A DNA stretch of 64,000 nt from Ranitomeya imitator (taxonomy: Eukaryota): NCBI RefSeq assembly GCF_032444005.1, contig NC_091289.1:170872001-170936000 (forward strand). Direction: 5' to 3'. Below the pieces are notes generated by a model that saw only the letters and a program-made list of their open reading frames with translations, did not search any database and was not told the DNA's origin. The number at the start of each line of letters is the position of its first letter. Position 1 is the first letter of the stretch. Positions 63,485 through 64,000 of this stretch are shown here, one piece after another. The translations under genes and the position numbers were made by a program.

Positions 63485-63763
63485 TAGTGATGAGCGAACG
63501 TGCTCAGATAAAGTGTTATCTGAGCATGCTCGTGTGCTAACGGAGTGTCTTCAGCGTGCTCGAAAAATATGTTCGAGTCCGCGCGGCTGCATGTCTCATG
63601 GCTGTTCCACAGCCACAACACATGCAGGGATTGCCTGTTTGTTAGGGAATCCCTGCCTGTGTTGCGCCTGTCAAACAGCCGCGAGCGATGCAGCAGCGCG
63701 GTCTCAAACAGATTTTTCGAACATGTCGAAGACTCAGTTGGCACCCGAGCATGCTCATCATTA
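63485..63763. mobile_element. hAT-type MITE downstream of the DHCR24 stop (probable 3' UTR)
   Basis: TAGTGATGAGCG...GCTCATCATTA; 8-bp TSD GTAGGCGC. Confidence 0.9.
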
Positions 63764-63900
63764 GTAGGCGCTATTTCAGGTCTTTTACTATACGGGCAAT
63801 AGACTATTTCTACGGTGAAATCACCTAGAACCTACTAAGTGTCTCAATTTGGTGACTTTCTGATGGTGCACGCAGTTACATTTAATCTCCAGCAAGTTGC

Positions 63901-63906
63901 AATAAA
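63901..63906 (+). terminator. Candidate DHCR24 polyadenylation signal
   Basis: AATAAA about 1.4 kb after the stop codon; usage not demonstrable from sequence. Confidence 0.35.
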
Positions 63907-64000
63907 TATCACTAAATTACTACAACTTTAATAGTTCCCTAAGGTCACTGGTGACCTTCCAACCATCACAAATTAATGTGACTATTTGCAAAAATGTCAC

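Overview
Vertebrate (almost certainly frog) genomic DNA; anuran origin is inferred from the repeat families. Three genes can be reconstructed exon by exon from splice sites and exon sizes and phases matching the human orthologues. PCSK9 is on the minus strand (coding exons 1-8; exons 9-12 lie beyond the left edge) with an intact D/H/S triad. BSND (barttin) is on the minus strand (4 exons, 302 aa). DHCR24 is on the plus strand (9 coding exons, 516 aa). This is the mammalian DHCR24-(TMEM61)-BSND-PCSK9 block, but no TMEM61 is recognisable. The rest is dense with repeats: Tc1/mariner elements, Harbinger-, hAT-, Kolobok/T2- and piggyBac-type MITEs with visible TIRs and TSDs, two non-autonomous Helitrons, L2 and CR1 LINE fragments, a V-SINE, LTR-like pieces and several minisatellites. 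There is no CRISPR array or prokaryotic system. The best leads are: (1) an apparently conserved HNF1-HINFP-SRE module in the PCSK9 promoter and a CCAAT/SRE promoter with a non-coding first exon for DHCR24; (2) convergent CTCF motifs bracketing BSND between these two SREBP targets; (3) outward-facing 5' splice-site motifs flanking GC-rich cores in unrelated transposon superfamilies; (4) a probable GC-AG intron in PCSK9; (5) a multi-layer transposon nest in an AT-rich minisatellite abutting the DHCR24 promoter.
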